Source of the DNA: an uncultured Candidatus Rokubacteria bacterium
Lineage (GTDB): Bacteria; Methylomirabilota; Methylomirabilia; Rokubacteriales; CSP1-6
Direction: 5' to 3'
DNA: 64,000 bases
Assembly (NCBI GenBank): GCA_963771355.1
Contig: CAVYTA010000005.1
Coordinates: 32,001-96,000 of the forward strand
Shown here: in pieces, positions 9,343 to 19,144 of the stretch
Layout: each line of letters opens with the position of its first letter
Position numbering within the stretch: position 1 is the stretch's first letter
The notes under the pieces: model-generated
Seen by the model: the letters and a program-made list of their open reading frames with translations, nothing else
Told to the model about the DNA's origin: nothing
Database searches by the model: none
Translations under genes and position numbers: made by a program

Positions 9343-10251
9343 CTAGCAGAATGCCGGCGCCACGGCCTCGAGCTTTTCCCGCAGACCGGGGCCCAGCTTG
9401 CCCACCGTGGTCAGGAAATTCGGATGCGTGATCCCCGAGCCGATGAACGTCCAGCGGAGCGTCTTGAGCTGAGCGGCGCTGACCCGCTCCTTTTCTTCAA
9501 GGGTCAGGCGACGCCCCGTGGCCCGTTCCAGGCTGGCCAAGTCGAGCCGAGTCTGCTGCTGCATTCCGCCGTCGATGAAGCCGCCGAGCTCGAGGTACTC
9601 GTCCACCGCCTTGCCAATGTCGTCGGGCGCCATCTCCGCCGCCAGCTCGTCGACCATCAGTGTGTCGAATTTGGTGTGCTGGGCCTCTTCCAGCCAGTGG
9701 TGCTTCAGCAAGCTCTTGAACTGGGGGTCGAGATCCTGGTCGTCCCTGATGGATTCCAGGTAATGCCGTTGCACGAACCACTCGATGTGGAGCGTGAGCA
9801 GCGCCACCGCCAGTGGGCTGTGCGACAGCACCTCGGTCGCTATCGCCTCCGGGGGCCCGATCACCTCGCAGGGGTGGCCAAAGCCCGCGTCGAACTCCGC
9901 CCGGAATCGCTTGAAGAGCTGGATGTGTTTGGCTTCCTCGCTCGCGAACTGGATGAGCGCCCGCGTCCGGTAGTTGTCGCCGGCTAGGCGCGGCCTCGCG
10001 TGGTCCAGCACGAACGGCAGGATGAACTCCTCGACGAGCCCGAACATGACGAGGTAGCCCAGCCCCCGGATCTGATTCAAAGTCCGCTGCTCGCCGTTCG
10101 AGAGGAAGTCGAGCGCCCTTACACCGGCCAGCGACTCAGGCATGAAGGGCTTGGTGAAGTCGATCCGCTTGTCCCCTCCGATGATGTCCTCGATCTTCCA
10201 GTTGACCTTCTGGGCCGTGGCGAGCGTGCTTTCGTACGTGTAGGTGGCCAT
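9343..10251 (-). CDS. ferritin-like diiron protein (AurF/diiron oxygenase-like)
   Basis: Paired EExxH motifs (EEAKH, EEAQH) plus VEE and HIEW; GGAGG RBS. Confidence 0.75.
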   Translation of the reverse strand: MATYTYESTLATAQKVNWKIEDIIGGDKRIDFTKPFMPESLAGVRALDFLSNGEQRTLNQIRGLGYLVMFGLVEEFILPFVLDHARPRLAGDNYRTRALIQFASEEAKHIQLFKRFRAEFDAGFGHPCEVIGPPEAIATEVLSHSPLAVALLTLHIEWFVQRHYLESIRDDQDLDPQFKSLLKHHWLEEAQHTKFDTLMVDELAAEMAPDDIGKAVDEYLELGGFIDGGMQQQTRLDLASLERATGRRLTLEEKERVSAAQLKTLRWTFIGSGITHPNFLTTVGKLGPGLREKLEAVAPAFC

Positions 10252-10297
10252 TGCTACCTCCTGTGTGTGGTTCGTCGACCTCTCGAGCGAAGGCGGG

Positions 10298-10312
10298 GCA
10301 ACTAGCGTGCCA
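10298..10312 (-). promoter_or_regulatory. sigma-54 (-24/-12) promoter TGGCACGCTAGTTGC
   Basis: Matches TGGCACG-N4-TTGC, 46 nt upstream of the ATG at 10251. Confidence 0.8.
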
Positions 10313-10507
10313 CGGCGGCCAAGCGCGACATTTCGAGTCTTTATCCGAACGGCGAGACAACTGGGTGGCTGGAGAGTGGGCGAATGTCCTGCGGGCTTGT
10401 CCCGAGTCAGGGAAGACTGCCCTACGCCTCGCCCTTACCTGATTAGGTATGAAGTGGCTAGCCGCGACCGACATATCGGAGACGGATGCGCTATCCTTAC
10501 GCGCGCC

Positions 10508-11881
10508 ATGGCCACCCGGCATCCCCGCCGACCGCGTCCCGACCTGACCGCGCAGGCCCGGCGGGCCGGCGTCCGTCTCGTGCGCTTCCTCTACACCGAC
10601 AACGGCGGCATCACGCGGGGGAAGGCCACGCACGTGGACGCGCTCGCGCATCGACTGACCGACGGCATCGGGCTGACGGTGGCCATGCAAGCGATGAACA
10701 TGCTGGATCAGCTCCAGCCCGTCGAGGGCCTCGGTCCCGTCGGCGAGATCCGGCTGATCCCTGATCCGCAGACGTTCACCGTGCTCCCGTACGCGCCGCA
10801 TACGGCGGCCATGACGAGTGACATGCTCACGCAGGAGGGGGCGCCCTGGGAGGCGTGCCCGCGTGCCTTCCTCAAGCGGCAGATCGCCGCCTGCGGCGCG
10901 GCAGGGTTCAGCGTGCGCGCCGCCTTCGAATGCGAGTTCACGCTGGCCGTGAAGCAGGCCGACGGCGGGTTCGCGCCGCTGGACGAGAGCCTCTGCTTCT
11001 CCACCGTCGGGATGACGACGGCGGCGCCCGTGATGGACGACGTCGTGGCCGCCCTCGAGGCGCAGCGCATTCCGGTCGAGCAGTACTACCCGGAGCTCGG
11101 CCACGGCCAGCAGGAGCTGACGATTGGCCACGCGCCGGCGCTCGAAGCCGCCGACCACCAGGTCTTCTATCGTGAGACGGTGCGGGCCGTCGCTCACCGC
11201 CACGGACTCTGGGCCTCGCTCGCGCCCAAGCCCTTCGTCGATCAGGCCGGCAACGGCGCGCACATCCACTTCAGCCTGTGGGACGCGGCGGGCCGCCGAT
11301 CCCGCATGTACGATCCGCGCGGCCGCTATGGCGTGAGCACGCTCGGCTATCACTTCATCGCGGGCGTCCTCGAGCACCTGTCGGCTCTGCTCGCGCTCAC
11401 GTGTCCGAGCGTGAACTCGTATCGTCGGCTCCAGCCGCACTTCTGGAGCTCCGCCTACAAGGCGTGGGGGCCCGACAATCGCGAGGCGGCGGTACGGGTG
11501 CCGTCGACGTTTCCCTCCGACCGCGCCGGCTCGACCAACGCCGAGCTCAAGGCGTCGGACTCGTCGTCGAATCCCTACCTCGCGCTGGGCGGAGTGCTCG
11601 CGGCCGGGCTTGACGGCGTCACGCGCGCGCTCGATCCGGGCGAGCCCGTGCTCGTCGACCCTGGCGCCCTATCCGAGACCGAGCGGCGCGAGCGCGGGAT
11701 CCAGCGGTACCCGACCACGCTGGACGCAGCGCTCGATCAGCTGGAGCGTGATCCGGTGCTCATGTCAGCCCTCGGCCCGACACTGGCCCGCGCGTACCTC
11801 GCCGTGAAGCGGTCGGAAGCGGCGGCATTCGGACGTGAGGACGCGGCGTTCGAGACGAAGCACCACTTCTGGAAGTTCTGA
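10508..11881 (+). CDS. glutamine synthetase-like / gamma-glutamyl ligase (FluG/NodGS C-terminal type)
   Basis: ECEF, ELGHGQQE, GNGAHIHFS, NSYRRL, WGPDNREAAVRVP, ELK..D...NPYLA. Confidence 0.85.
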   Translation: MATRHPRRPRPDLTAQARRAGVRLVRFLYTDNGGITRGKATHVDALAHRLTDGIGLTVAMQAMNMLDQLQPVEGLGPVGEIRLIPDPQTFTVLPYAPHTAAMTSDMLTQEGAPWEACPRAFLKRQIAACGAAGFSVRAAFECEFTLAVKQADGGFAPLDESLCFSTVGMTTAAPVMDDVVAALEAQRIPVEQYYPELGHGQQELTIGHAPALEAADHQVFYRETVRAVAHRHGLWASLAPKPFVDQAGNGAHIHFSLWDAAGRRSRMYDPRGRYGVSTLGYHFIAGVLEHLSALLALTCPSVNSYRRLQPHFWSSAYKAWGPDNREAAVRVPSTFPSDRAGSTNAELKASDSSSNPYLALGGVLAAGLDGVTRALDPGEPVLVDPGALSETERRERGIQRYPTTLDAALDQLERDPVLMSALGPTLARAYLAVKRSEAAAFGREDAAFETKHHFWKF

Positions 11882-11883
11882 AG

Positions 11884-13020
11884 GTGGACCTCGACGCCGT
11901 CCCGATACTGGATCAGCACTGCCACTCGCTGCTGCGTGACGGGACGGTCGCCGACGCCGTCGTCTACGCAGGATTCTTTTCCGAGAGCGGCGATCCGACG
12001 ATGCACGCGCACCACGTCCCCGAAACCGTCTTTTACCGATGGGCCATCCGAGAGCTCGCGGGGATCCTGGCCTGCGCGCCGACGACCGAGGCCGTGGTCG
12101 CCGCGCGCGGGGGCATGTCGACCGCCGCGCTGGCGCAGCGTCTGCTCGGGCAGGCGAACATCGCCGTGCTCCTGGTCGATCACGGCTACCAAACCGAAGA
12201 GACGTGGCCGCCGGCTGAGCTGGCGGCGCGTGTGCCGTGTCGTGTCTTGCCAATACTGCGCCTCGAGGCGCTCGCCCAGGAGCTGATCGTCCTCCATGAG
12301 ACCTTCGAAGCCCTGCTCGACGCGTACTCCGCGGTCGTCGAGCGGGCACAGGCGGATGGCTTCGTCGCCCTCAAGAGCATCGTCGCGTACCGCACGGGCC
12401 TCGCGGTGGCGCCGACGTCGCGCGCCGCCGCCGCCGCCGCGTTCGGCCCCGTGAAGGAGCGCGCGCGGCGCGACGGTCGAGTGCGTCTCGCCGCAAAGCC
12501 GCTCAACGACTACCTGCTCCTGCGTGCGCTCGAGATCGCGGCGCGACAGGCCCTGCCCGTGCAGATCCACACCGGCTTTGGCGATGCCGATCTCGACCTC
12601 CGCGAGGCGAACCCGCTGCATTTGCGTCCACTGCTCGAGAGCGGCCGGTATGCGAACGTGCCCTTCGTCCTCCTGCACGCGAGCTACCCCTACGTCCGCG
12701 AGCTCGGATACCTGGCGGCCATCTACGCCAACGTCTATGCCGACGTGGGGCTCGCCATCCCGCATCTCGCCGCCGAGATTCCAACGATGCTGCGCCAGGT
12801 TCTGAGCCTCGCACCCTCGACCAAGGTGTTGTACTCGAGCGACGCCTCGCAGATCCCCGAGCTGTTCTGGCTGGCTGCGCGCTGGGGGCGACGCGGGCTC
12901 GGGACGGTGCTGGACGAGCTGATCACCCTCGGCGCGCTGGACGGCGACGAGGCGCTTGCGATGGGGCGGCGGGTGCTCGGGGGAAACGCCGCCGGGATCT
13001 ACGGGCTGCCTTGGCCATAG
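11884..13020 (+). CDS. amidohydrolase (FluG/NodGS N-terminal type)
   Basis: DQHCH, LKSIVAYRTGL, QIHTGFGD, LLHASYP, YSSDA. Confidence 0.85.
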   Translation: MDLDAVPILDQHCHSLLRDGTVADAVVYAGFFSESGDPTMHAHHVPETVFYRWAIRELAGILACAPTTEAVVAARGGMSTAALAQRLLGQANIAVLLVDHGYQTEETWPPAELAARVPCRVLPILRLEALAQELIVLHETFEALLDAYSAVVERAQADGFVALKSIVAYRTGLAVAPTSRAAAAAAFGPVKERARRDGRVRLAAKPLNDYLLLRALEIAARQALPVQIHTGFGDADLDLREANPLHLRPLLESGRYANVPFVLLHASYPYVRELGYLAAIYANVYADVGLAIPHLAAEIPTMLRQVLSLAPSTKVLYSSDASQIPELFWLAARWGRRGLGTVLDELITLGALDGDEALAMGRRVLGGNAAGIYGLPWP

Positions 13021-13171
13021 CCGACCAGACCACGCCCGACGAGGCGGGTGCGGAGGCGTGGCTCGCGTGGTCGGGGCTCGGACCGCGGTATGAGCGCATC
13101 ACCAACAGGTGGCTGGCGACATTTCTCCCGGCTAGTGGCCGAGCGGCATGATTTGCCGGTAGGCTGAAAGC

Positions 13172-14248
13172 ATGGGATCCCCCGACGGAGGCGACGCGCC
13201 CGTCCTGAGGGATCGAGCGTTCCTGCTCCTCGTCGTCGTCGTCTCCCTGGCCTTCGCGTGGATCCTCTGGCCGCTGTCGGGAGCGATTCTCTGGGGCACG
13301 ATCATCGCGATCGTGTTCGCGCCGCTGAACCGGCGGCTGGGACGGGCATTTTCCGGGCGCCGCGCGCTCGCCGCGCTGGTGACCCTGAACATCGTCATCG
13401 TCATCGTCATCTTGCCCGTGACGGTGGTGGGCGCGGCGCTGATCGGCGAGGTGGCGGGCGCGTACGAGAGGATCAAGTCCGGGGAGCTGAGTTTTGGCCT
13501 GTACTTCCAGCAGGTCGTCCAGGCCCTGCCCGCGTGGGCGGTGAGGCTGCTGGACCGCTTTGGGCTGACCAACCTCTCGGCGGTCCAGGAGCGCCTGTCC
13601 GGCGCGCTGATGCAGGGCAGCCAGTCCCTCGCCACGCAGGCCATCAGCATCGGGCAGAGCACCTTCGACTTCGTCGTGAGCCTGTTCGTCATGCTCTACC
13701 TCCTGTTCTTCCTGCTGCGCGACGGGGACGAGCTGACGCGCCGCATCCGCTCGGCGGTGCCGCTCAGGACCGATCACCAGCGCGCCCTGGCCGAGAACTT
13801 CACCCTCGTCATCCGGGCAACGGTCAAGGGCACCCTCGTGGTGGCGGTCGTGCAGGGCGCGCTCGGCGGCGTGCTGTTCTGGTTGCTGGGCATCCGCGGC
13901 GCGCTGCTGTGGGCCGTGGTCATGGCCGTGTTTTCGCTGCTTCCCGCGTTCGGCACGGCGATTGTGTGGGTGCCGGTGGCGATCTACTTCCTGGGCACCG
14001 GCGCCGTCGGGCAGGGGCTCCTCGTGATCGGCTACGGGGTGCTCGTCATCGGGCTCGTGGACAATGTCCTGCGCCCGGTGCTCGTCGGCAAGGACACCAA
14101 GATGCCGGACTACGTGGTGCTGGTCGCCACGCTGGGGGGACTCTCGGTCTTCGGGGTGAACGGGTTCGTCATCGGGCCGATCATTGCCGCGCTGTTCCTG
14201 GCCGCCTGGAGCATCGTCGCGGCATCGAGGCGACTGAGCGCCGGGTGA
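13172..14248 (+). CDS. AI-2E family transporter
   Basis: LFFLLRDG, VDNVLRPVLVG, GFVIGP. Confidence 0.9.
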   Translation: MGSPDGGDAPVLRDRAFLLLVVVVSLAFAWILWPLSGAILWGTIIAIVFAPLNRRLGRAFSGRRALAALVTLNIVIVIVILPVTVVGAALIGEVAGAYERIKSGELSFGLYFQQVVQALPAWAVRLLDRFGLTNLSAVQERLSGALMQGSQSLATQAISIGQSTFDFVVSLFVMLYLLFFLLRDGDELTRRIRSAVPLRTDHQRALAENFTLVIRATVKGTLVVAVVQGALGGVLFWLLGIRGALLWAVVMAVFSLLPAFGTAIVWVPVAIYFLGTGAVGQGLLVIGYGVLVIGLVDNVLRPVLVGKDTKMPDYVVLVATLGGLSVFGVNGFVIGPIIAALFLAAWSIVAASRRLSAG

Positions 14249-14282
14249 GTTCGCTTCGCGGTTCATTACGCTGTACGCACTC

Positions 14283-15407
14283 ATGTACGGCGCCTTCGGC
14301 GTGTCCTCGCCGTTCATGCCGGCCCTCTTCGAGCGGCGCGGGCTCACTCCCGAACAGCTCGGCATCTTGTTCGGCGCCGGGACAGCGATCCGGCTCATCT
14401 CTGGGCCGATGTGCGGCCGCCTCGCGGACTTCATGGGTAGTCTGCGGGGTATGTTCGCCGTGTGCGCCTCCCTGGCGGCGGCGGTGGCGCTGGGTCTCCT
14501 CGGGGCGACGACGTTTCCCGCGCTGCTCGCGATCAGCCTTCTCCACGCAGCGGCGCTGGCGCCGATCACCTCGCTGGGCGACGCGTTGGCGCTTAACGCG
14601 GGCGCCGGCTCCGGCTCCCCGGCGGGCACGCGATTCGAGTACGGCTGGGTGCGCGGGACGGGCTCCGGGGCCTTCATTCTCGGCACGCTCCTCAGCGGCC
14701 AGATCGTCGGCGGCTGGGGCCTCGACGCCATCCTGGTGCTGCACGCGGTGCAGCTGGTTCTCGCCGTCGTCGCCGTCTTGCTCCTCCCGGCACCTGCGCC
14801 GATGAGCCGCGTGGAGGAAGCGACCGAGCCGCCCGGGATACACGGTATGCTCGGGCTGTTGCGGATCGCCGCCTTTCGACGGGTGGTGCTTGTGTCCGCC
14901 CTCGTGCTGGGCAGCCACGCCCTGCACGACACCTTCGCCGTCATTCGCTGGAGTGGAGCGGGGATCAGCTCAGCCATGGTCAGTGTGCTCTGGTCGGAGT
15001 CGGTTGCCGCCGAGGTGGTGGTGTTCTTTCTCCTCGGGCCTTCGCTCGTGACCCGGCTCGGCGCTCACGGGGTCATGGCACTCGCCGCCACGGCCGGCCT
15101 TCTGCGCTGGGTCGTTGTGGCCTCGACCACGGCGGTGACGGCGCTGGCCATCGTGCAGCCGCTCCACGGCCTCACGTTCGCCGCGCTGCACCTGGCCTGC
15201 ATGCGCGTCATCTCGGCCACCGTTCCGTCCGGCCTGGCGGCGACCGCCCAGGCGATGTACGCGCTCGGCGCCGGAGCGGCGACCGCCCTGTTGACAGTAG
15301 CCTCGGGCGTCCTCTACGCACGCCTGGGCGCCGGAGCCTTCCTGGGGATGGCGCTGCTCTGCATCCTCGCGATGCCGCTGGCGCTTTTCCCTAGGCGGCG
15401 CGGATGA
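14283..15407 (+). CDS. MFS transporter (HcaT/MFS_1-like); true start may be GTG 14245 with an indel
   Basis: YGWVRGTGSGAF, SVAAEVVVF, QPLHGLTFAALH. Confidence 0.8.
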   Translation: MYGAFGVSSPFMPALFERRGLTPEQLGILFGAGTAIRLISGPMCGRLADFMGSLRGMFAVCASLAAAVALGLLGATTFPALLAISLLHAAALAPITSLGDALALNAGAGSGSPAGTRFEYGWVRGTGSGAFILGTLLSGQIVGGWGLDAILVLHAVQLVLAVVAVLLLPAPAPMSRVEEATEPPGIHGMLGLLRIAAFRRVVLVSALVLGSHALHDTFAVIRWSGAGISSAMVSVLWSESVAAEVVVFFLLGPSLVTRLGAHGVMALAATAGLLRWVVVASTTAVTALAIVQPLHGLTFAALHLACMRVISATVPSGLAATAQAMYALGAGAATALLTVASGVLYARLGAGAFLGMALLCILAMPLALFPRRRG

Positions 15408-15543
15408 CGCGTCCGGCGCCCGAGACCGCGCCGGGCTCGGGCAGGCGCCCGTCGCGGATGATCGGGCGGCGTTGACGAACGACCACTGAATGCCGCGCGA
15501 GCGCGCGACGTAGCGCGGACCGCCGTCCGGCATGTCGTGGACG
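15391..15543 (-). pseudogene. 3' remnant of a second D-aminoacylase-family gene (diverged direct repeat of 16776-16929)
   Basis: VHDMPDGGPRYVARSRGIQWSFVNG...GRVIRAA*, near-identical to the end of the 16776 gene. Confidence 0.8.
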
Positions 15544-15622
15544 TCGAGAGGGTGAGGGTCAAGCGCGCCCACCAGAGCCGATAGCACGGCATGATGCACC
15601 TTCGATTCGAGTCGTGTTCGCG

Positions 15623-16055
15623 TCAATCCAGGAACGGCAGCACCACGAGCGCGTCGGGCTCGACTCCGGCCTGTTCGCAGACCGCCTGGGCCTTCTGCAT
15701 GAACTCTTCGGCCTTCTCCTCGTCGCCCAGGCCCAGGTGGACGGTGGCGAGGCCATCGTAGCAGGGAGACAGCAGCGGCGGCTCGTCGGCCTCCTCGGCG
15801 AGCGCGAGCGCTTCCTGGTAGTGGGCGATCGCGCGGGTCGGCTCGCCGTGACACTGGTAGATCTGCCCGAGCACGATCAGCGGCACCGCGAGGTGATCGA
15901 GCTGTCCGAAGCGCCGGTCGAGATCGTTCGCGGCGTGTGCGGCGCCGACGCCCTGCTCGTCGCAGCGGTTCGTGAGCGCGCAGTAGGCCACCGCGAGATT
16001 CGCGTAGAGGCGCGACTGGAACCCGAGGTCGCCGATCTTCTTGGCCATCTCAAGG
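15623..16055 (-). pseudogene. C-terminal TPR fragment of a larger (probably cyclase/ATPase-TPR) gene
   Basis: TPR helices ending ALVVLPFLD*; no plausible start; a second shorter copy lies at about 22238-22455. Confidence 0.65.
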
Positions 16056-16218
16056 CCGGCCGCGCATAACCTCGTGTCCCGGAATCGATACGCTCTTGAC
16101 ACGCGGATTGCGGTAAACTCCGAGGACGCTATTCGGGTGGGCAATGGGGCCCGCCCCGGGGCCATGCTGCCGGCAAGCAGGACGTGAGATGAAACATCAC
16201 TTGGCGAGGAGGACAGAA

Positions 16219-16620
16219 ATGGAGATGCGGACAGCGAGAACAATTCTTGGCTTTACGTTGATGGTTGTCGTGTTCGCCGTGGCGGACGTCTCGGCGCAAG
16301 TTGATGTCAAGAGCCTAGCCGGCAAGTGGCTCGGCTATGCGGCACCCACGAGCGGCTCAGAGACCACTCTCCAGGTCGAAGTCAAGCCCGACGGTACGTA
16401 TACGACCCGGTGGAAGGACACCTCGGGGAAGGGCGTCATTAAGAAGGAGGGTGACAAACTCATCGCCGAGGGCAGCCTCGTCAGTGGTGGCAGCACGGCG
16501 ATCGCCGGCGTCGGAAGGGCCGAGCTAACGGTCACCGAGAAAGACGGGAAGCCTCAGAAAATTTCCGGCATCGGACGCGATCAGCAAGGTCCTTACAATT
16601 TCACACTGACGAAGCAGTAA
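16219..16620 (+). CDS. secreted hypothetical beta-rich protein
   Basis: GAGGAGG RBS, signal peptide, LAGKWLG start of mature domain. Confidence 0.7.
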   Translation: MEMRTARTILGFTLMVVVFAVADVSAQVDVKSLAGKWLGYAAPTSGSETTLQVEVKPDGTYTTRWKDTSGKGVIKKEGDKLIAEGSLVSGGSTAIAGVGRAELTVTEKDGKPQKISGIGRDQQGPYNFTLTKQ

Positions 16621-16775
16621 GGGCAAGCGCCGATGCCAGGCGAGCCGCCAGCGGGCTGCGGCGGCCCCTGGTGTCGGCGCGTTTTTCCTCTCTCCCGGTG
16701 CTCGACGCCGACAAGGAAGCGAGTGTTCTCGCCAAGCTTTTTCTCGTCCTGCGCCCCCGCGCGGCTACCCAGGAT

Positions 16776-18464
16776 TCACGCGGCGCGGATGACGCGTCCG
16801 GCGCCCGCGACGGCGGCGGGCTCGGGCAAGTGCCCGTCGCGGATGATCGGGCGGCCGTTGACGAACGACCACTGAATGCCGGTCGAGCGCGCGACGTAGC
16901 GCGGCCCGCCGTCCGGCATGTCGTGGACGATCTCTTCCTCGTGGCAGGCGATGGTGCCGGGGTCGAAGACGGTGATGTCCGCGGCGAGCCCCGGGGCCAG
17001 GCGCCCGCGGTCCGGGATGCCGAAGATCTCCGCCGGAGCTCCCGTGATGAGGCGCACGGCGGCCTCGAGCGATAAGGCCTGGCGCTCGCGCACCCAGTGG
17101 CCGAGGAGCTGGCTCGTCTGGCCCGCCTCCGAGAACTGGGTGATGTGGGCCCCCGCGTCGGAGAGACCCAGCACCGCCGTCGGATGCAGGAAGATCTCCG
17201 CCACCGCGGCCGCGTCGGTATTCATGGTGGCCGACATGAACTCGGTGCGGAAATCGTCGGCCAGCGTCAGGTCGAGGAAGGCGTCGACGACATCCTTCCC
17301 GGTGTCGCGCGCCAGCTCGACCACGCTCTTGCCCGCGAAGCGCTGCAGCTCGGGCTTCATCACACGCTTGATCCGAAGGGGGACGATGTCGCCGTTGAAG
17401 AGCGCGGTGCGGCGGACGTTCTCGCGGAACTCGGCGCGGAAGCCAGGGTCGGCGAGGATGCCACGCCACTCCGACGGCTTGGCCTCGAGGACGCGGCGCC
17501 ACGCCTGGTAGCGTCCGAACACGAAGCCGTTCGTGATCGTGAAGGTCGAGGTCAGCGGCGAGCACGTCCCCTGCGGATGCAGCCGCAATCCCTCCCGCCA
17601 CGCCGCTTCGACCTTCTCGAGAATGCGGCGATGCTCCTCGGGGCGCACGGGATTGTGGCGCACGGAGACCATGGTGACAGGCCGCTGGGCGGCCCGCGCC
17701 AGCTCCGCGTAGCGGTCGACCTCGGCCACGCGGTCGGGCCGGCTTCCTCCGATCGTGAGCTCGACGATGCCACGTCCGGTCGATCCCATCGCGGCGGCCA
17801 GGTACTCGAGCTCGCGGTCGCTCCCGAGGCGGCTCGGCACCGGTCGCCCGCGGTCACCCACGTGGTTCAGGTTGGTCGTCGACGAGAAGCCGATGGCGCC
17901 GTCCGCCATCGCGCGCCGCACTTCCGCCCCCAGGCGCTCGAGCTCGTCGGGGGTGGCCTCGCGCGTCCACGCCGCGTCTCCCATGACGAACTGTCGCACC
18001 GCGGAGTGGCCGATGAGGGGCGCCACGTTGACCCACAGGGGCAGGCGGTCAAGGCTGTCGAGGTACTCGCGGAAGGTTTCGAACTCCCACCGGATGCCCT
18101 TCTGCATCGCCTCGAGCGACATGCCCTCCACGTACTCGAGCATCTTCATCAGGGTGAGCCGGTCGTCGGGGCGGCACGGCGCGAGCGTGAAGCCGCAGTT
18201 ACCGGTCACGATGGTCGTCACGCCGTGCCACGACGTGCACGAGGCACTGGGGTCCCACGTGAGCTGGGCGTCGTAGTGCGTGTGCGGGTCGATGAAGCCG
18301 GGCGCCACCACGAGGCCGTCCGCGTCGATCTCGCGCGCGCCCCGACCGGAGACGGTGCCGACCTCGGTGATGCGGCCACCGGCGATGGCGAGGTCGCCGG
18401 AGTACCCGGGCGCGCCGGTCCCGTCGACGATGTAGCCACCGCGGATCACGAGGTCGTGCGCCAT
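16776..18464 (-). CDS. N-acyl-D-amino-acid deacylase family amidohydrolase
   Basis: DLVIRGGYIVDGTG, PGFIDPHTHYD, GNCGF, SDAGAH. Confidence 0.9.
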   Translation of the reverse strand: MAHDLVIRGGYIVDGTGAPGYSGDLAIAGGRITEVGTVSGRGAREIDADGLVVAPGFIDPHTHYDAQLTWDPSASCTSWHGVTTIVTGNCGFTLAPCRPDDRLTLMKMLEYVEGMSLEAMQKGIRWEFETFREYLDSLDRLPLWVNVAPLIGHSAVRQFVMGDAAWTREATPDELERLGAEVRRAMADGAIGFSSTTNLNHVGDRGRPVPSRLGSDRELEYLAAAMGSTGRGIVELTIGGSRPDRVAEVDRYAELARAAQRPVTMVSVRHNPVRPEEHRRILEKVEAAWREGLRLHPQGTCSPLTSTFTITNGFVFGRYQAWRRVLEAKPSEWRGILADPGFRAEFRENVRRTALFNGDIVPLRIKRVMKPELQRFAGKSVVELARDTGKDVVDAFLDLTLADDFRTEFMSATMNTDAAAVAEIFLHPTAVLGLSDAGAHITQFSEAGQTSQLLGHWVRERQALSLEAAVRLITGAPAEIFGIPDRGRLAPGLAADITVFDPGTIACHEEEIVHDMPDGGPRYVARSTGIQWSFVNGRPIIRDGHLPEPAAVAGAGRVIRAA

Positions 18465-18672
18465 GAGCCATCCTCCTGGGAGTGTTCGCGGGCTCGAATC
18501 ACCGGGTCCAGAGGTCCCAACTATCCCACCGGAGCTCATGCCGGATCAAGCCGGAGGCGCGTTGGCCAAGCGTATCCTTGCTGTCTGACAACCGTTGACA
18601 GGCTCTCGCCGCGCGTGCTATTCGGCGGGCACAGGTGACCGGTCCCGTCCGATCGACGAGAGGAGAATCGCG

Positions 18673-19144
18673 ATGACCGCGGTCACCGTCAACGGCGAGC
18701 GCTTCGAACGTCGACCTGCCCGACGACACGCCGCTGCTGTGGGCGCTGCGCGACGAGCTCGGGCTGACCGGCACCAAGTTCGGCTGCGGCATGGCGCTCT
18801 GCGGCGCCTGCACCGTGCACGTCGACGGGCAGCCGGTGCGCGCCTGCATGACGCCGGTCGCGCGCGGTCGGCCAGCAAGAAGATCACGACCATCGAGGCG
18901 ATCGGCGCGCGACACGGTCGGCCAGGCCGCTGCAGGCGGCGTGGGTCGATGTCGGGCGTGCCCCAGTGCGGCTACTGCCAGGGCGGCCAGATCATGTCGG
19001 CCGCCGCGCTCCTCAAGCGAACGCCGAAGCCGACCGACGCCGAGATCGACGAGGCGATGAGCGGCAACATCTGCCGCTGCGGCACCTACGTGCGGATGCG
19101 GGCCGCGATCAAGCAGGTCGCGGCCACAGGGAGGCGCGCGATGA
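18673..19144 (+). CDS. iorA: isoquinoline 1-oxidoreductase-like (2Fe-2S) small subunit, frameshifted
   Basis: [30 protein letters not shown] and GNICRCGTY in different frames; AGGAG RBS; ATGA overlap with the next gene. Confidence 0.8.

Noticed and set aside
12923..14977. Long antisense ORFs (here and throughout, e.g. 17097-18638, 38069-39667)
   Set aside because: Antisense shadows of well-supported genes in GC-rich sequence; no motifs
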